From: the human T2T-CHM13v2.0 reference genome, Homo sapiens
NCBI RefSeq assembly: GCF_009914755.1
Contig: NC_060926.1
Length of the DNA: 64,000 nt
Reading direction: 5' to 3' (one strand)
Shown: positions 1 to 12,539 of the stretch, in pieces
Position numbering within the stretch: position 1 is the first letter of the stretch
How the letters are laid out: each line of letters starts with the position of its first letter
Made by a program: the position numbers and the translations under genes
Notes under the pieces: generated by a model
The model's database searches: none
The model's input: the letters and a program-made list of their open reading frames with translations, nothing else
Told to the model about the DNA's origin: nothing

Positions 1-55
1 TGAGATGAGCCTCAGGGAAGGCAAGTAACTCACCCAGGGCCACACAGCCCGTCAC
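1..55 (-). mobile_element. MIR SINE fragment
   Basis: ctcagggaaggcaagtaactcacccagggccacacagc matches the reverse-complement MIR core (gaggttaagtaacttgcccaaggtcacacagc). Confidence 0.6.
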
Positions 56-1773
56 AGCTCAGTCAGGGCCCCAGGAAGGACAATCCCATGGCTTGGGGTG
101 TTGGGAAGTTTGCCTTCATTCAGTCCTGCGAAGCCTCGGAGGAAAGGCTGAGCTTGGTGCTGTCACCCTGTCTCCCTCCAGGTCACCTCCAGGTCACAGT
201 GTGGCTGGGGCTCTTGGGCCTTCAGTTTTCTTCCTGCCGAGTGGGTTCAGGAAGAGCAGGCTCTGAGTCACTGGGTCCCCGGCTGGTGATGGGGGCTTAG
301 ACACGTGTATGGTCCATTGCTGCCCTCCAGGGATGAGGCTCATCTCAGGACCGTGCCCTGGCTTCTGTCAAGGCGGCTCTGTGGTTGTTCGGGGCCTACT
401 CTGTCCGGCCACAGCTCTGGGCCTTTTTCCACCAGCCTTCTTTGAGCTCTCCCTTGGCTTTGGGAGCAGCATGAGATTTTTCCATGCTTCCGGCTCTGTT
501 GCCCACAAGCTGAACAGTGACTTGGTGTCAGGGTGGCAAAGAGAATAGGTGCCTTACTGGGAATGGGCAGTGGTGGGGGATCAGGGAGAGGGAGGCTAGA
601 GGGTGGACAGGACCTCCCAGCAGCGGCAAGAACAGCTCCAGCTCCTGCCTTCTTGGAACCCTTCTGCCATGGAGCCCCCCAGGCTGAGGAGGCCTCATGG
701 GGGCCATTTCGCACACCAAGAGGCTGAGTCACTTGCCCAAGATTGGGCCTCTGGTGAGTGACAGGCAATTGGACCGGTCAGGGTGACCCGGGGCACGCGG
801 TCTCACCACCTCACCACAGTGCTCTCTTCCCACGGCAGCACCCTGCCTAGAGGATGGTGGCTGGGCCAGGCGCTGCCCCCACTGCCTCACAGGCCTCTTG
901 GGGGTCAGAGATGGACAGGGGTTTAGGTAGTCCCTCCTCCATCCTGTCCTCATGGATGGATGCCTGTGCCCTCCCTAGATTTTTCTCACGGTCCGAAGGA
1001 AGGGCTAGCCCCTGGAGAGCATCTTATCTCTTGTTTGATGGATGGCCCAGAGAGGGTGAGTGGCTTGCCTGGGGCCACAGAGCAAACTGGAGTCAGGGCC
1101 ACCCAAACACAGGAGTCCTGACTCCCAGACACTCATGCACTGGCGGGGCAGGGCCTACACTGTCTTCCCTGCTTCCCAGGAAGATACCTTGTGGGTAGAT
1201 GTGGGAGGGAACAGGCCGGCCTTGACCAGTGCCATCCACTCAGCTGTTAAATATTCTGGGAATCCATAAAACTGACAGCCAACTCGTGGGGATGGTCGTG
1301 GCTCCTGTGTTCCCCACCAACCAGCAGGGGCACCTGGGGAAACCTCCAGTGCAGAAATCGTACTCTGCCATTTCCTGTATCTCCAGCTATTCCCCATCTG
1401 AAGAGTGAGGTGGTTAGACCAGGTCCCTGGTTTTCTTCCAGTCACCCCCTGCTGGAATGCCAGGAGCTCTCTTCTGTGCTGGGGGAAGCTGCCGCTGGCC
1501 TCAGCTTCCCCATCTGTGAGATCGGGCTCCATGCCCGTCTTGTTGGACTCATCAAGAGACCCATGGGGAGGAAAGAGCTTGCAAGGAGAGCAGCTAAGGA
1601 AAGACCGGAATCGTCCGAGCCCTTTGTCCCTTCCTGTATCAGCAGCAGGCGACCTGCCCACCAGCCGGGGCCTCCCGTTCCGTTCCATTCCGTTTAAGTA
1701 AGCTCTTTCCCTGTGCAAGGGAGCAACCGACCTCAAAGGCCCGGCCCACAAAGGGGCCCCCGACATGGCTGGG

Positions 1774-1876
1774 AACAATGCGGCCTGTTTACCTGACAGA
1801 TTGTCCGCTTTCTTTTCATCTCGTAGGAAAAGAACTCCCACGGGGAGCCGCTAATCCCAGAGTAAACAGATGACCT
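1774..1876. promoter_or_regulatory. Candidate enhancer core (SOX/FOX/MEIS/OTX motifs)
   Basis: AACAATG 1774, TGTTTAC 1786, TGACAG 1794, TAATCC 1852, GTAAACA 1862 and TGACCT 1871 in repeat-free, CpG-retaining sequence. Function is inferred from motifs only. Confidence 0.45.
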
Positions 1877-2214
1877 CGTGGTGCCTTTCTCCCGGAGGTG
1901 GGGTTCCTAGCGCAGCACCCCAACTGTGCAAACAGACCCTGGAGGGCTCGATGCGCCTGCGGGGGCGTGGCTGGGGACCTGGGCCTGGGCCAGGAGGGGC
2001 CTTTCCCTCTCGCCAGCCCTCTTTTCTTCCTTTGTGATTTCAATTGAATGGGGAGAAGCTCAAAGGCAGGGGCATGAAAGGTCAAAGCCAATTTGCAGGG
2101 CCAAGTGTGGGGGAGGAGAGAAGGGCCCAGACCAAGCATTCTTTTTGGAGGCCTGACCTTGACCTGGAAGCAACTCCTCCCTCTCTCGGCTCTTCTGAGG
2201 ACACTGCCCTGGCA

Positions 2215-2370
2215 GAGCTGGCTTTGCCTTCTGGCCACCCCCCTTACTAGCTGTGTGACAGAGGCCAGAAAATGCTCCTTTCTGAGCCTCAGTTTCCTCA
2301 TCTGGAAAGCAGAGATACAGGGACCTGTCGGGTAGGACTGCTGTAAAATATTGTGGTGTGCTTTCCATAA
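2215..2370 (+). mobile_element. MIR SINE
   Basis: cttactagctgtgtgac...ctgagcctcagtttcctcatctg is the MIR core. Confidence 0.8.
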
Positions 2371-2600
2371 GTGATGGCTGTTTATGATTAGGGAGGGAGT
2401 GAGGCTGAGTCTTGAAGCTGGAATGCCAGTGGAGGCCAGAGGGTATTCCAGGCTGGAGGGACAGGCAGAGCTGGGACAAAGGCACTCAGATGGCAATGAA
2501 TAGTGTTTGTCTGGGAGACTGAATAAAATAGGCTCTGAAGCAACATATTATTGTAGGGTGGTTATTTCTGGGAAGGAAACAGAATTCCCCCTCTTCCCAG

Positions 2601-2740
2601 CAGTGTGACCTTGGGCGAACCATTTGACCTCTTGATCCTTCAGTTTCCTCGTTTATAAATGGGGATGCAAAGTCTTGTATCGAAGGACTTTCATGAAGAT
2701 GAAAAGAACCTGATGTACAGCAGACACTCAAACATTAGCT
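2601..2740 (+). mobile_element. MIR SINE
   Basis: tgtgaccttgggc...cttcagtttcctcgtttataaatgggga is the MIR core. Confidence 0.75.
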
Positions 2741-2744
2741 TTTA

Positions 2745-3126
<382 letters not shown>

Positions 3127-3539
3127 TCACTAGCAGACAGCCCTTTCCCTTGGGCTGCAGGGAGCCAGGGTGGGAGCCTCACAAAGGGTGTAGCCTTGAG
3201 CACCCAGCTGGCCCAAGGGCCTGAGCCTGCAACCCCCCTTTCCTGGGCTGTATCTTCTGGTCTGTTCCTTGGATCTCCTGGGCCTGCTCCTCTCATCTTA
3301 GCCCTCAGGAAGTCCTTGATCCCCAGCCCCTATTTGGGGTAGAGAAGGTGAGAAATGCTTAGGGTAAGTTATACTGCCACTGGCTTCTTCAGCATCAGAC
3401 CCCTGATTCAAACATGTGGTGAGTTCCTGGGCCCCTTGGCTTTCCCCAAGGGCCAGCAAAGGGCCTTTTAAAGAGAAAGAAGAAAAGGTAAGTAGGGAGC
3501 GTAATATTTGATGAGCACGTTAAAGCGTTCATTCATGGG

Positions 3540-3900
3540 TATCAGATAGAAACGTTTGGTTTCACTTAAGGGGAATCTCAACTCACTGTGGCTTAAACAA
3601 AATTAGGTTTATTTTTCTGACATCATAATTCTGAAAACGAGTGGTTGATGGCCTTGGTCAGCTGCTGGTGATGCCAAGTACTGGGCTCTTCCCAGCTTTC
3701 TGTTCATCGTCCTTAGCACGTGGGCCTCCTCGTTGCCTTGTGGTGGCAAGATGGCAGCCTCGACTCCCTGGGAAAGTAGAGGGTCTCCCAGGAGCACCCT
3801 GTTGGTGTCTCATCGGCCAAAAGTGGGTCACATGGCCAACCCTGGCAGCAAGGGATGCTGGGAATGCAAACACTTGGATGTTCTTCTGCAGTGTTAATGG
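3540..3900 (-). mobile_element. Old MaLR LTR (MLT1I/J/K-like)
   Basis: aactcactgtggcttaaacaa, aagatggcagc and ggccaaaagtgggtcacatggccaaccct...gcaagggatgctgggaa are typical of old MLT1 LTRs. Confidence 0.65.
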
Positions 3901-4173
3901 CAGGGCCAGGCAAGCATGGGTGGGAGGTGTGGGAGTGAGCGAATGGGAGTGGAGTCATCCAAGCAGCCACCTGCCGGAGAAGATAGTACTGTAGTACTCA
4001 CAGCCCAGTCTTACATATGGAAAGCTGGTGCCAAGGGCAGAGAAATGCTTACTCAATAGCAGTTTGATTGATCTACTTAGATATTCTGGGCCCACAACCA
4101 GAGATCCAGAGATAAAAGTAATTTCCTTGCCTTCCAGAAAGAGAAGGAGAATAATAATAGTAATAATAACAGT

Positions 4174-4400
4174 ATAATAGCTTAAGTTCACTAAGTGTGT
4201 AGTGCTGGGTGCTTATTGAGCACTTTCCAGACTTTATCTTGCCTCATGCCCACCCAACCCCAAGCGACAGGCACCATTCTAACTGCTGTGGAGGAAACAG
4301 AGGCTCTTTGAGGCTCAGTGAGGCCTGAGGCACACAGGCCTGCCCCCCTCCCACAGCATGAGGTGGTGGATTTGATAATCCAGGTATGAATCAGGCCATT
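4174..4400 (-). mobile_element. MIR SINE
   Basis: ataatagct...tattgagcac...gaggaaacagaggct...cacacag resembles the reverse MIR. Confidence 0.6.
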
Positions 4401-4699
4401 GGGCAGCCTCCTTGCTAGGGACTGCATCGAGGATTTCTGAAGGTGGGGAGACACGGAAGCACCAATTAGAATTTCCCAGTCAAAGAGGGAAAGGTGTCTT
4501 GGGTGAGAAAAGACACCTGGAAGGACACATTATTAGTGACCTAGTAAAATCTAAGGCATCCCTAGGGTCTATCTACTCACACTGTAACAGGAATTTCTGT
4601 ATTTAAAGGGAGTGTTGGAAATAAAATACTTGTAAAATCAGTAAGTGACATGAATGCAAATATTTTGAAAATAAAGTTCTTTAGTTTACAAAATACTCA

Positions 4700-4920
4700 A
4701 AGATGGAAAAAATAAAATATCCTAACATTTGATGCTGGTGATAGTGTGGTGAACTAGACAACATTTGCACATTGCTGGCGGGAGGGTAAATTGGTATAAA
4801 CCTTTAGAAAAGCAGCTTGAAAAACATTCTTCAAAATGTGCTGATCTCTTGGTTTTACTCCTGGAAATATGTCCTAAAGAAATGATAAACAAAATTAGAC
4901 AGTTATTTCTGTGCAAGGCA
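4700..4920 (+). mobile_element. Ancient L1 (L1ME-like) ORF2 3' fragment
   Basis: cacattgctggcgggagggtaaattggtataaacctttagaaa...ctcctggaaatatgtcctaaagaaat resembles the degenerate end of L1 ORF2. Confidence 0.65.
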
Positions 4921-5110
4921 GATAATTTGTTGAAATATGAATTTATGGCGTTTTCCCTTTGTATTTTTCCTTTCAATGTCCCGTATATGTAGCCAGACTT
5001 CTTTCTGTTTCCTAGTCTCAGGGGCATTTGCAGATATTTGCCTGAATCTACTTGCAGGAAACATCTTTTCCTGTCCTTTGTGAAAGAAGAAGGCCAATAA
5101 AGAAAACACC

Positions 5111-5138
5111 AAAAAAAAAAAAAAAAAAAAAAAAAAAA
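5111..5138 (+). repeat. Poly(A)28 tract with no adjacent Alu
   Basis: 28 consecutive A, preceded by AATAAA at 5096-5101. Confidence 0.95.
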
Positions 5139-5649
5139 GATGAGTGGGAAGGAAAAGGGAAGAAGGAAGGTTTCTAGTATCTGGGAAGAACGCCCAAGTC
5201 CCAGAGGCCTGACCTAAGCCCTTTCCATAGCAGTGCCTTGGGATGTGGCATGGTTTTCCAAAAGTTGCTGTCTGTCCAGAGAAGCTGGAGTCAAAACACA
5301 GCTACGCTCCAGCATTCTGAGCCCTCAACCTGGCCCCAGCCACTGGGCGTCAAGGAGCATGCTAAGTGGGAGAACAGGGACCTCTGAGGAACCCTCCCTG
5401 GTGCCTAGCAAACTGTGCAAACCCCAGGCCCTTTGCTTGGCCTCAGAACCTGGGAGTCCTGAAAGTAACTAAGGTGGTTTTTTCCGGCCAGGCTTCAAAT
5501 AGGATTTAAAGAAAACTTTGAATGTGACATTTTCACATATCCGCGTTCATGAGAAAACATATTTCCAAAGACAATTGAGTACAGAGTTATTATCTTATTT
5601 GATTTTTCAACTAGTAGTTAAATATTTTCCATAGGAAGATACCGAAGTC

Positions 5650-5885
5650 TCCTGCCCTGTGTTCCCTGAACTCCAAGCACATAACTCATTGTACCAACCT
5701 GGCCGGGAGAGTCATTCTCTATATTTAGTGTCTCACTGTTCTTCGAGGTTCTTGGGTCCTGGAGACTTCTCAGAGCGTTATCTTGTTTACCTCTGTGTCC
5801 CCAGTGCCTTACACAATGCCTGGCAAACACTATGGGAATGAATGAGGAAATGAACATGTATGTGAATGAATGAATGAATGAACAA
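5650..5885 (+). mobile_element. L2 LINE 3' end
   Basis: tcttgtttacctctgtgtccccagtgccttacacaatgcctggca followed by a (TGAA)n tail. Confidence 0.75.
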
Positions 5886-6274
5886 ATGGGTGTCTGGTGT
5901 CTGAGATAAAGGGCCTGGTGAGATCCGTTCCTGTTGTCTCCACATAGACGCTGCTGGCAGCCCTGAGGGCTGTGCACACGGGCCAGGCGGATGGAGTTAA
6001 CTGCAAACACACTTGGGAAGTGTAAACAGCCCTCCTCCGGGCCAGGCCGACTGGCAGCCTCACGGGCAGCTTGCACAATCCTGTGGGCTGCTATGATACT
6101 CATTTTTTGGGCATGGAGTCATCTCTGCTTTGGGCCTCTCCCTCCTTGCCCTGGATTGTCTTGGCAACACAGATGGAACTGTGTGTCTGTTGTCAGTGGG
6201 AGGAAGTTCAGACCCCCAGCCCCTCCAGGAACTCCATTCTGATTTAGAGCTGCCCAAGGACCCAAGGAGGCTGG

Positions 6275-6610
6275 AGCTGAGAGGGAGCTTGGGGATTACC
6301 TAGCCCAACCTCTTCATTTTCCAGATGAAGGATCTGAGACCTAAAGAGGTGGGGACACTAAGGCCACTGTAAGTGTGTCAAAGCTTGCCACAGAGCTGGG
6401 TGTCCTGGGATGGCAGCTGGTTTCAGAACCAGCCAAGCAAGGCCTGTAAATCCTGGCACAACAGACTGTCCAGCCATGTGAACTTGGATCAGGGACTTCT
6501 TCCCGAGTCTCAGTCCCTTCATCTGCAGGGCACTGCGTGCAAGGGTGTTGTGCAGACCTTAGGGAGCGCTGATGGTAAAATGCCTAGCACAGTGCCTGGC
6601 TCAGACTAAG
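6275..6610. mobile_element. Two adjacent MIRs in opposite orientation (minus ~6275-6435, plus ~6445-6610)
   Basis: cattttccagatgaaggatctgagacc (minus), then tctcagtcccttcatctg...gcctagcacagtgcctggc (plus). Confidence 0.6.
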
Positions 6611-7067
6611 GGCTTCCTTCTGCCTCCCTCTGCCCTTTCTTTCCACACTTTTCGTGCTCACCATTCCTCCATATCTGGGCATGAAACGCCGCTGCTTCCC
6701 TCAGAACCTCCACTTCAGGGCCACCCCCTTCCCCTGTTGGCTCTGTGTGATGTGGTTGCCTCTGTATTCGTTAGAATCCACTTTCTTTCATGCTTTTTCT
6801 GTCTTCACACAACTGTTGATCCTGCCAAAATCATTCATTCATATTTTTCTTCTTTTCTCCCTTCTTACAGGCCTTCCCAGGCCCCTGCTATCTGCCAGCC
6901 ATCTGCTGGGCAGAGATGCTCATGGCCGGCGCCTGCCCCTACAGAGCGCGACTGCTTCTCTGGAGAGGCTGCATGGGCAATGACAGTGCAGGGGAGGAGA
7001 GCTGGATGGCAGGGGCAGTGCTGTGTGTCCTCAAAACCCTGTGCCATCTCTCTCCTTTCTGGAATGC

Positions 7068-7795
7068 TGTGCTAGGCAGAATAATGTGCCACACCAAGAG
7101 GGTGCCTTAGTTCAGACTGCTAGAACAGAATATTATAGACTGGGTGGCTTAAACAGCAGGTATTTATGTCTCACGATTCTGGAGGCTGGAAGTCTGAGGT
7201 CAGGGTGCCAGGATGGTTGGGTTCTGGGGAGGGTCTCTTCTGGGCTCACAGATGGCTGCCTTCTTGCTATGCATACCCATGGAAGAGAGCAGAGTGAGCC
7301 ATGGCAAACTCTTCTGCCTGTTCTTCTAAGACTGCTAATCCCATCATGGGGGCTCCAGCCTCATGACCTCATCACCTCCCAAAGGCCCCACCTCCTAACA
7401 CCATCACAGTGCAGGGTAGAATGTCAACATTGGAATTTTAGGGAGACACAAATATTCAGTCCATAACAGATGGCCATGTCTTACTCCCCCAGATCTGTGG
7501 ATGTGACCTCACATGCCAAAAGGACCTTTGCAGATGTGGTGAAGATACGGACCTTGAGAGGGATGGTTATCCTGGATTACCAGGGCGGGCACAATGGTCC
7601 CTGTTAGAGGAAAGCAGGAGGTCACAGGGAATAGAAGATGCTATTCTGTGGTTTTGAAAATGGAGGAAAGGGGTGAGCCACAAGCCAAGGAATGTGAGCA
7701 CCCTTGGAGCCTTCCAAAGGAACAATTCCTACTGATGCCTTGATTTTAGCCCCAGGGAACTCATTCCTGACTTCAAGATACAGAATGCAAACACA
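7068..7795 (+). mobile_element. MLT1D-like MaLR solo LTR, interrupted at 7103-7468
   Basis: Starts tgtgctaggcagaataatg and resumes at 7469 with gatggccatgtc...aaaaggacctttgcagatgtg...ttatcctggattac, colinear with the MLT1D consensus. Confidence 0.75.
7103..7468 (-). mobile_element. MLT1A/MLT1A0-like solo LTR nested in MLT1D
   Basis: TG...CA termini (tgccttagtt...ggagacacaaatattcagtccataaca), with a 5-bp TSD gaggg (7098-7102) / gatgg (7469-7473). Confidence 0.85.
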
Positions 7796-7799
7796 GAAG

Positions 7800-8090
7800 A
7801 CTACACTTCCCATTGCCCCTGCAGTTTGGTGGGGTCATATGACTAATTCTGGCCAATGAAATATGGCACAGGTGACACCTCCCTTTAGCCCGAGGCTTCA
7901 CCCTCTGCCTTTTCTCTTCCCCTGCCACAGCCACTGAGGACATTCTAGCTGCTCAGGATGCAAAATGATGGAGCTGCTGGCAGCCTGAATCCCCAAGTGA
8001 CTATGTGGAGCAGAGCCTCCACCTGACTACCAAAAACTACCAGGATCTGGTGTTACTTGTTACAGCAACGTAACCCAGGCTCTCCTGATG
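7800..8090 (+). mobile_element. Old MaLR LTR (MLT1H/I/J-like)
   Basis: ctacacttccc...ggtcatatgactaattctggccaatgaaat...gatggagc...cagcctgaatcccc...ttgttacagca. Confidence 0.65.
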
Positions 8091-8489
8091 ATGAGTACTC
8101 TGATGAGGCTCTTGCTTCACAGAGGAGGTGACAATTAAGCCTTGAGGAGACACACATGTGCATGTGTGGTTGCGACCTCTGTGGGCACGGGTCTGTATGA
8201 GCACACATCTTTGTGCAACTCAGGTTGTGTGTGCGTTTGTGTGTGTATCTATGGGTTATCTCTGGGTCTAGCTCTAGTTCTGTGGGGTCTGGCACAAACT
8301 AAGGTGTCAGTATGTGAGTGGGTGTCTGGTGTTGAGGGGTCAGATACAGTGAGCACAGTACAAGCGAATATGAGGGGAGGATGTGATGACAGTGAATAGA
8401 TGCTTTCAAAATCATCAGGAAGAAAAAGACGTGGGACACACTGGTAGCTCCAGAGGTGAGTCCTGAGTCCTGCGCCCCTGGGGGCCAGC

Positions 8490-8770
8490 TTTAGAGCCAC
8501 GCCATGATTTATTAATCTGTAGTTGCTGTGGGAGCGTGGCTCTTTCTGGAGGGGCAAGCATGAACCACGTCAGTCCCACCACGGGTCGGGTTGGCACGAT
8601 GTGTTCATTGCCCACATGACTCACTGTTTTGTTACCTGAAATACATCTAATTCCTATTAATAACGAGCACTGTAGGGCATACATTTCATCATTAGCATTA
8701 AATGACTTTATTGCAGGATACAAAGGAGCTGCCTGTGATGTATGATGCAACTGCTGGAGCGAGGGCCTTT
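8490..8770. promoter_or_regulatory. Candidate homeodomain-type enhancer
   Basis: AT-richer unique block with TGATTTAT (PBX-HOX) 8505, TGACTCA (AP-1) 8617, several ATTA/TAAT cores and TTTATTG 8707. Confidence 0.4.
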
Positions 8771-9084
8771 GGAGAGAGGGCGTGTGTGCACACGAACACG
8801 CACACACATGAGCTCTCTTATGTCCTGGTCATTGTGCAATGAGGGTGTGTATCACAGGCAGACAACTTTTCTTGCACACTTCAGCACCTCCTGAAGCGAA
8901 TATTTTGTTTGCTCGGCTTACCAATGGGGTGCCGGGAAGGCCACTGTGCCCCTAGTTGGTGTGGTACCCTAGGCCCAAGACAGGAACTTGTTTTCCTGAG
9001 AGTCTGTGCAGGCCAAGTGCAGGGCTAAAGGCCTTCAAAACTCTTACCTGAAAGAAACCCAGGACCTATCTGTGGCTAGCAGTT

Positions 9085-9200
9085 GCAAGCCTCATTTTAC
9101 GTATGAGGAAACTGAGACTCCCAGAGCCCAGAGGACCTGCCTAAGGTGTGCGGTGGAGCAACTGCTTAAATCCTGCCAGGCCTGGCCCTCTATGCTCTTC
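9085..9200 (-). mobile_element. MIR SINE fragment
   Basis: cattttacgtatgaggaaactgagac...acctgcctaaggt. Confidence 0.65.
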
Positions 9201-10394
9201 CACGTGAACTTGAACCTTTGTTAGGTGCTCTGCCCCTCATTTTCCCAGTCAGCAGGGCTGGCTCATCTTCCCCTCCCTGCCAACCTCACAGGGCGCTTTA
9301 AGATCAAGCAAGATGAGGTGTTGGCAACACGGAGACTGCAGGAAGCATGATGCATGGATTACCTGAGCGGGTTTGAACTGCTGTTTGGGAGCTTTATGAC
9401 TGAGATTACTCATTCTCCTTCCTTTTTTGTTTTGTAACAACTTTGTATCTTTCACTCACGGCCGTGAGAGTCTCCCCTCTGGCCTCTGTCGTTACTAGTA
9501 AGAACTGATGTCAGAGCCCAGTTGGGGCAAGTGGTCAAGGGGCTTGGCGGAACTGCTCTTCTGCCCCCCAGGTACACACTTGCCTTTGCAAAAACAACTC
9601 CCTATTTGGCAAAAGGCAGTGTTTGCCCTGGGACAGGGCCTTGCAACCCCATGCCAGGCCCTGTTTATTCTGGCATAAGCCACGGTGGTGGCCAAGCGCT
9701 CTGAGTTTATTGAACTTCCTGGATTTCTTATCACATAGCCTGCTCTGCCAGGGAGCCGGTGAAATGCTGATATGTGCCCACGGGAAGATATTAAGGGGGC
9801 TGCAAACACCACCCCTGTCCCCCGAGGAGCAGGCAGCTCTGGGCAGGGCTGCTGGGGCCAGTGGGGGGACGGTTGAAGGGGTAGGTCAGACATGGGGATA
9901 AACCTTCCCTCTCCTTAACCTTGCCTGAACCTAGGCTCCCCATGGCTGAATTCCCGCCCCTGAATTCTTGGTGGTCTCTCCCTGTCCAGCCTCCACACCT
10001 TTGCCTGTGTCTTGCCTCCCATTTGGATTTCCTTCCCCAGTCTCTCCAAATGAAATCCTACCTGCTTGGTAAAATAAAAGAATGACGGAATGAGCTTCGA
10101 GGCTGGGACTGGTAGGTGACGGACTGTGTCTCTCCTACCACATTTTCCTGTGCACTTCCCTGCTTGTAGGCATGGAAGCTTAGGGGCTCCTCAGGGAGCC
10201 TCACGGAGCTCGGGAGAACTTCACACAACACTGTGTGGCTGCAGAAGGCTGGGTGGCGGTTGCAGGAGTGAGTGGGTAGGGGAGGGGCTTCCAGGGTCAT
10301 GGGTGGGAAGACCCTTGCTCGCACCCTAACTCCCAATCTTCCGGCACTGTGGCCTTAGGGAGTGGCCCCACCCAGGCTTCCTTTGCCTGAGTAG

Positions 10395-10734
<340 letters not shown>

Positions 10735-10929
10735 GGCAGCCCTTTCTTTAGAAGGCTTACTGTCTACTAAGCACCACTGTGAGAGTGGCAGGTATCTTTT
10801 ATCAGAGCTTATGTAGCCCTAAGGGGACTTCAGAAAAGTGGTTGGGCTTCAATAGCCTTTGCACTGTGATTGCACTGTAATTGCACCATTCCTAGTAGAA
10901 TACAATTCCTGAGTCTCCTTCCTGTGCCT

Positions 10930-11080
10930 ATCACCCAACAAACCCACCAGTTGCTATTGTTTATCCTCTTTGCAGGTGAGGAGATTCATCGAGATGATGC
11001 CAATGGCCCCAGGTCACACAGCTGATGGTGGCAGAGCAAGGGTTCAGCCCAGGCTGGGTCTTTCCTCCCTGCAGGCTGAA
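10930..11080 (-). mobile_element. MIR SINE
   Basis: ttgcaggtgaggaga...cccaggtcacacagctgatggtggcagagc. Confidence 0.65.
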
Positions 11081-11479
11081 GGAAGTTCCTTCTTCTCCAC
11101 GCCACAGGTCCCTCTTGCTGGCCAGCAGTTCCCCAGCCTGCCTGCCCTCCTGTATCTGGGGGCTGTGCTAATGTGGAGTGAGTTGAGGCCTACCTTAGGG
11201 TCCCTGATCATTATCTGTGTTCTCTTGGTTCCTGTCATGTTTGGGAAGACCCTGTGATTATGTAGTCCACTGTCTTCCTCCAGTTGCAGGGCACAGCCAT
11301 TGACAGACACATCAGCACCTATATCTGAGGGAAGGAGTCTCAAGCCAAGACCTTTGATGCCGGGGAGCAGCAGCTCCAGGTTGGGTCCTAGAGTGGCCAC
11401 ACTGGGAATTCAGGCTCATTGTCAGAATAAGGAAAGGACGTGCCGTGGGGAACAGAAAGAGGGAGGGAGCAATGATGAA

Positions 11480-11690
11480 TTAGTTCCCACTGCACACAGG
11501 CACTGCGAGGATTCATTATGGTGCCGTCTCATTCCATTCTCTCCACAACCTTGTAAGAAAGGTCTTGATTTGATCCCCATTTTGCAGAAGGGGAAATGAG
11601 GCACAGAGGAAGTGATTTTCCCAAAGCCACACAGCTAACATGGCAGAGGTAGGGGTCAACCCAGGCCTGTGACAGCTTTCTGATTTTGCC
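11480..11690 (-). mobile_element. MIR SINE
   Basis: atccccattttgcagaaggggaaatgaggcacagag...cacacagctaacatggcagag. Confidence 0.75.
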
Positions 11691-12539
11691 GGGGCATAGT
11701 TCCCTACACTGGAAACATGGTTATCAAAGGGACTTATCTTCAGGCAGAGCTAGAAGAGAGGTCTGGGGAGAGAAGAGTCATTGTTCCCATGAGTCAGGGG
11801 CCCTCAGCTCCAGGCCAGCAGCCAGTCTGGTCCTGGCAGCTCCTGCCACCCACCTGGTATGGCCAGAGGCCTGAAGGTGCTTCAGCGAGGTTAGTCAGCC
11901 CAGGTGAGTGGCAAGCAGGCACCCATCAGGAGGTCCGCCTCCACCCCCTGCACTTCTGATGAGAAAACAACCTAAGTACTGCATCTGGCCTCAGTCCTGA
12001 GCCTCCGCCCAGGGTGCATTACTCACTGCCCCACTGGACCCGTCGCCCCCCTGGGAGGGGCCGCCAGTTCGGCTGGCCCTGTGGGCCATGTGTCTACAGG
12101 GGTTGTGTGGAGGAGGGGCTGGGCAGCACCCAATCATTCATATCCCCTCACTAGACTTTATGGGGACCCAGGCATTCAGCGACATCAGGCTGGGCCTGGG
12201 GCACCTCCAGCCTTGTATATTAAACAAGCATAAAGTTATTTGGCTTCACTTTAGAATTAAAATTATGTTCTGTAGAGAAAATTTGGATGAAACAGTGAAA
12301 TAAAATAAAGAAAAATAATGTACCCCAAGATAAGAACTGGGTTCATTTCTTCCCAGACCTCCATATATGTGTATTGGGTGGTTTTGCATAGTTGATGCGA
12401 TCGTCCCCTTTACTGTGGATGGAGTGCCCCCAGCTTCCCTGGGCCTCATTCATTTACCTGCACCTCAGCCTGAGACCTGTCTGACTGCAGAGCCCAAGTT
12501 CTGTACATACTCTTATAATTCCAAGTTTTGTACCTAACA

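Noticed and set aside
1155-1841. 228-aa minus-strand ORF
   Set aside because: No recognisable domain and a non-ATG start. Parts (LTDGEAEA, LQMG) are translated MIR core sequence.
8880-8900. REST/RE1-like TTCAGCACC
   Set aside because: Only the left half-site matches. The right half GGACAG is absent.
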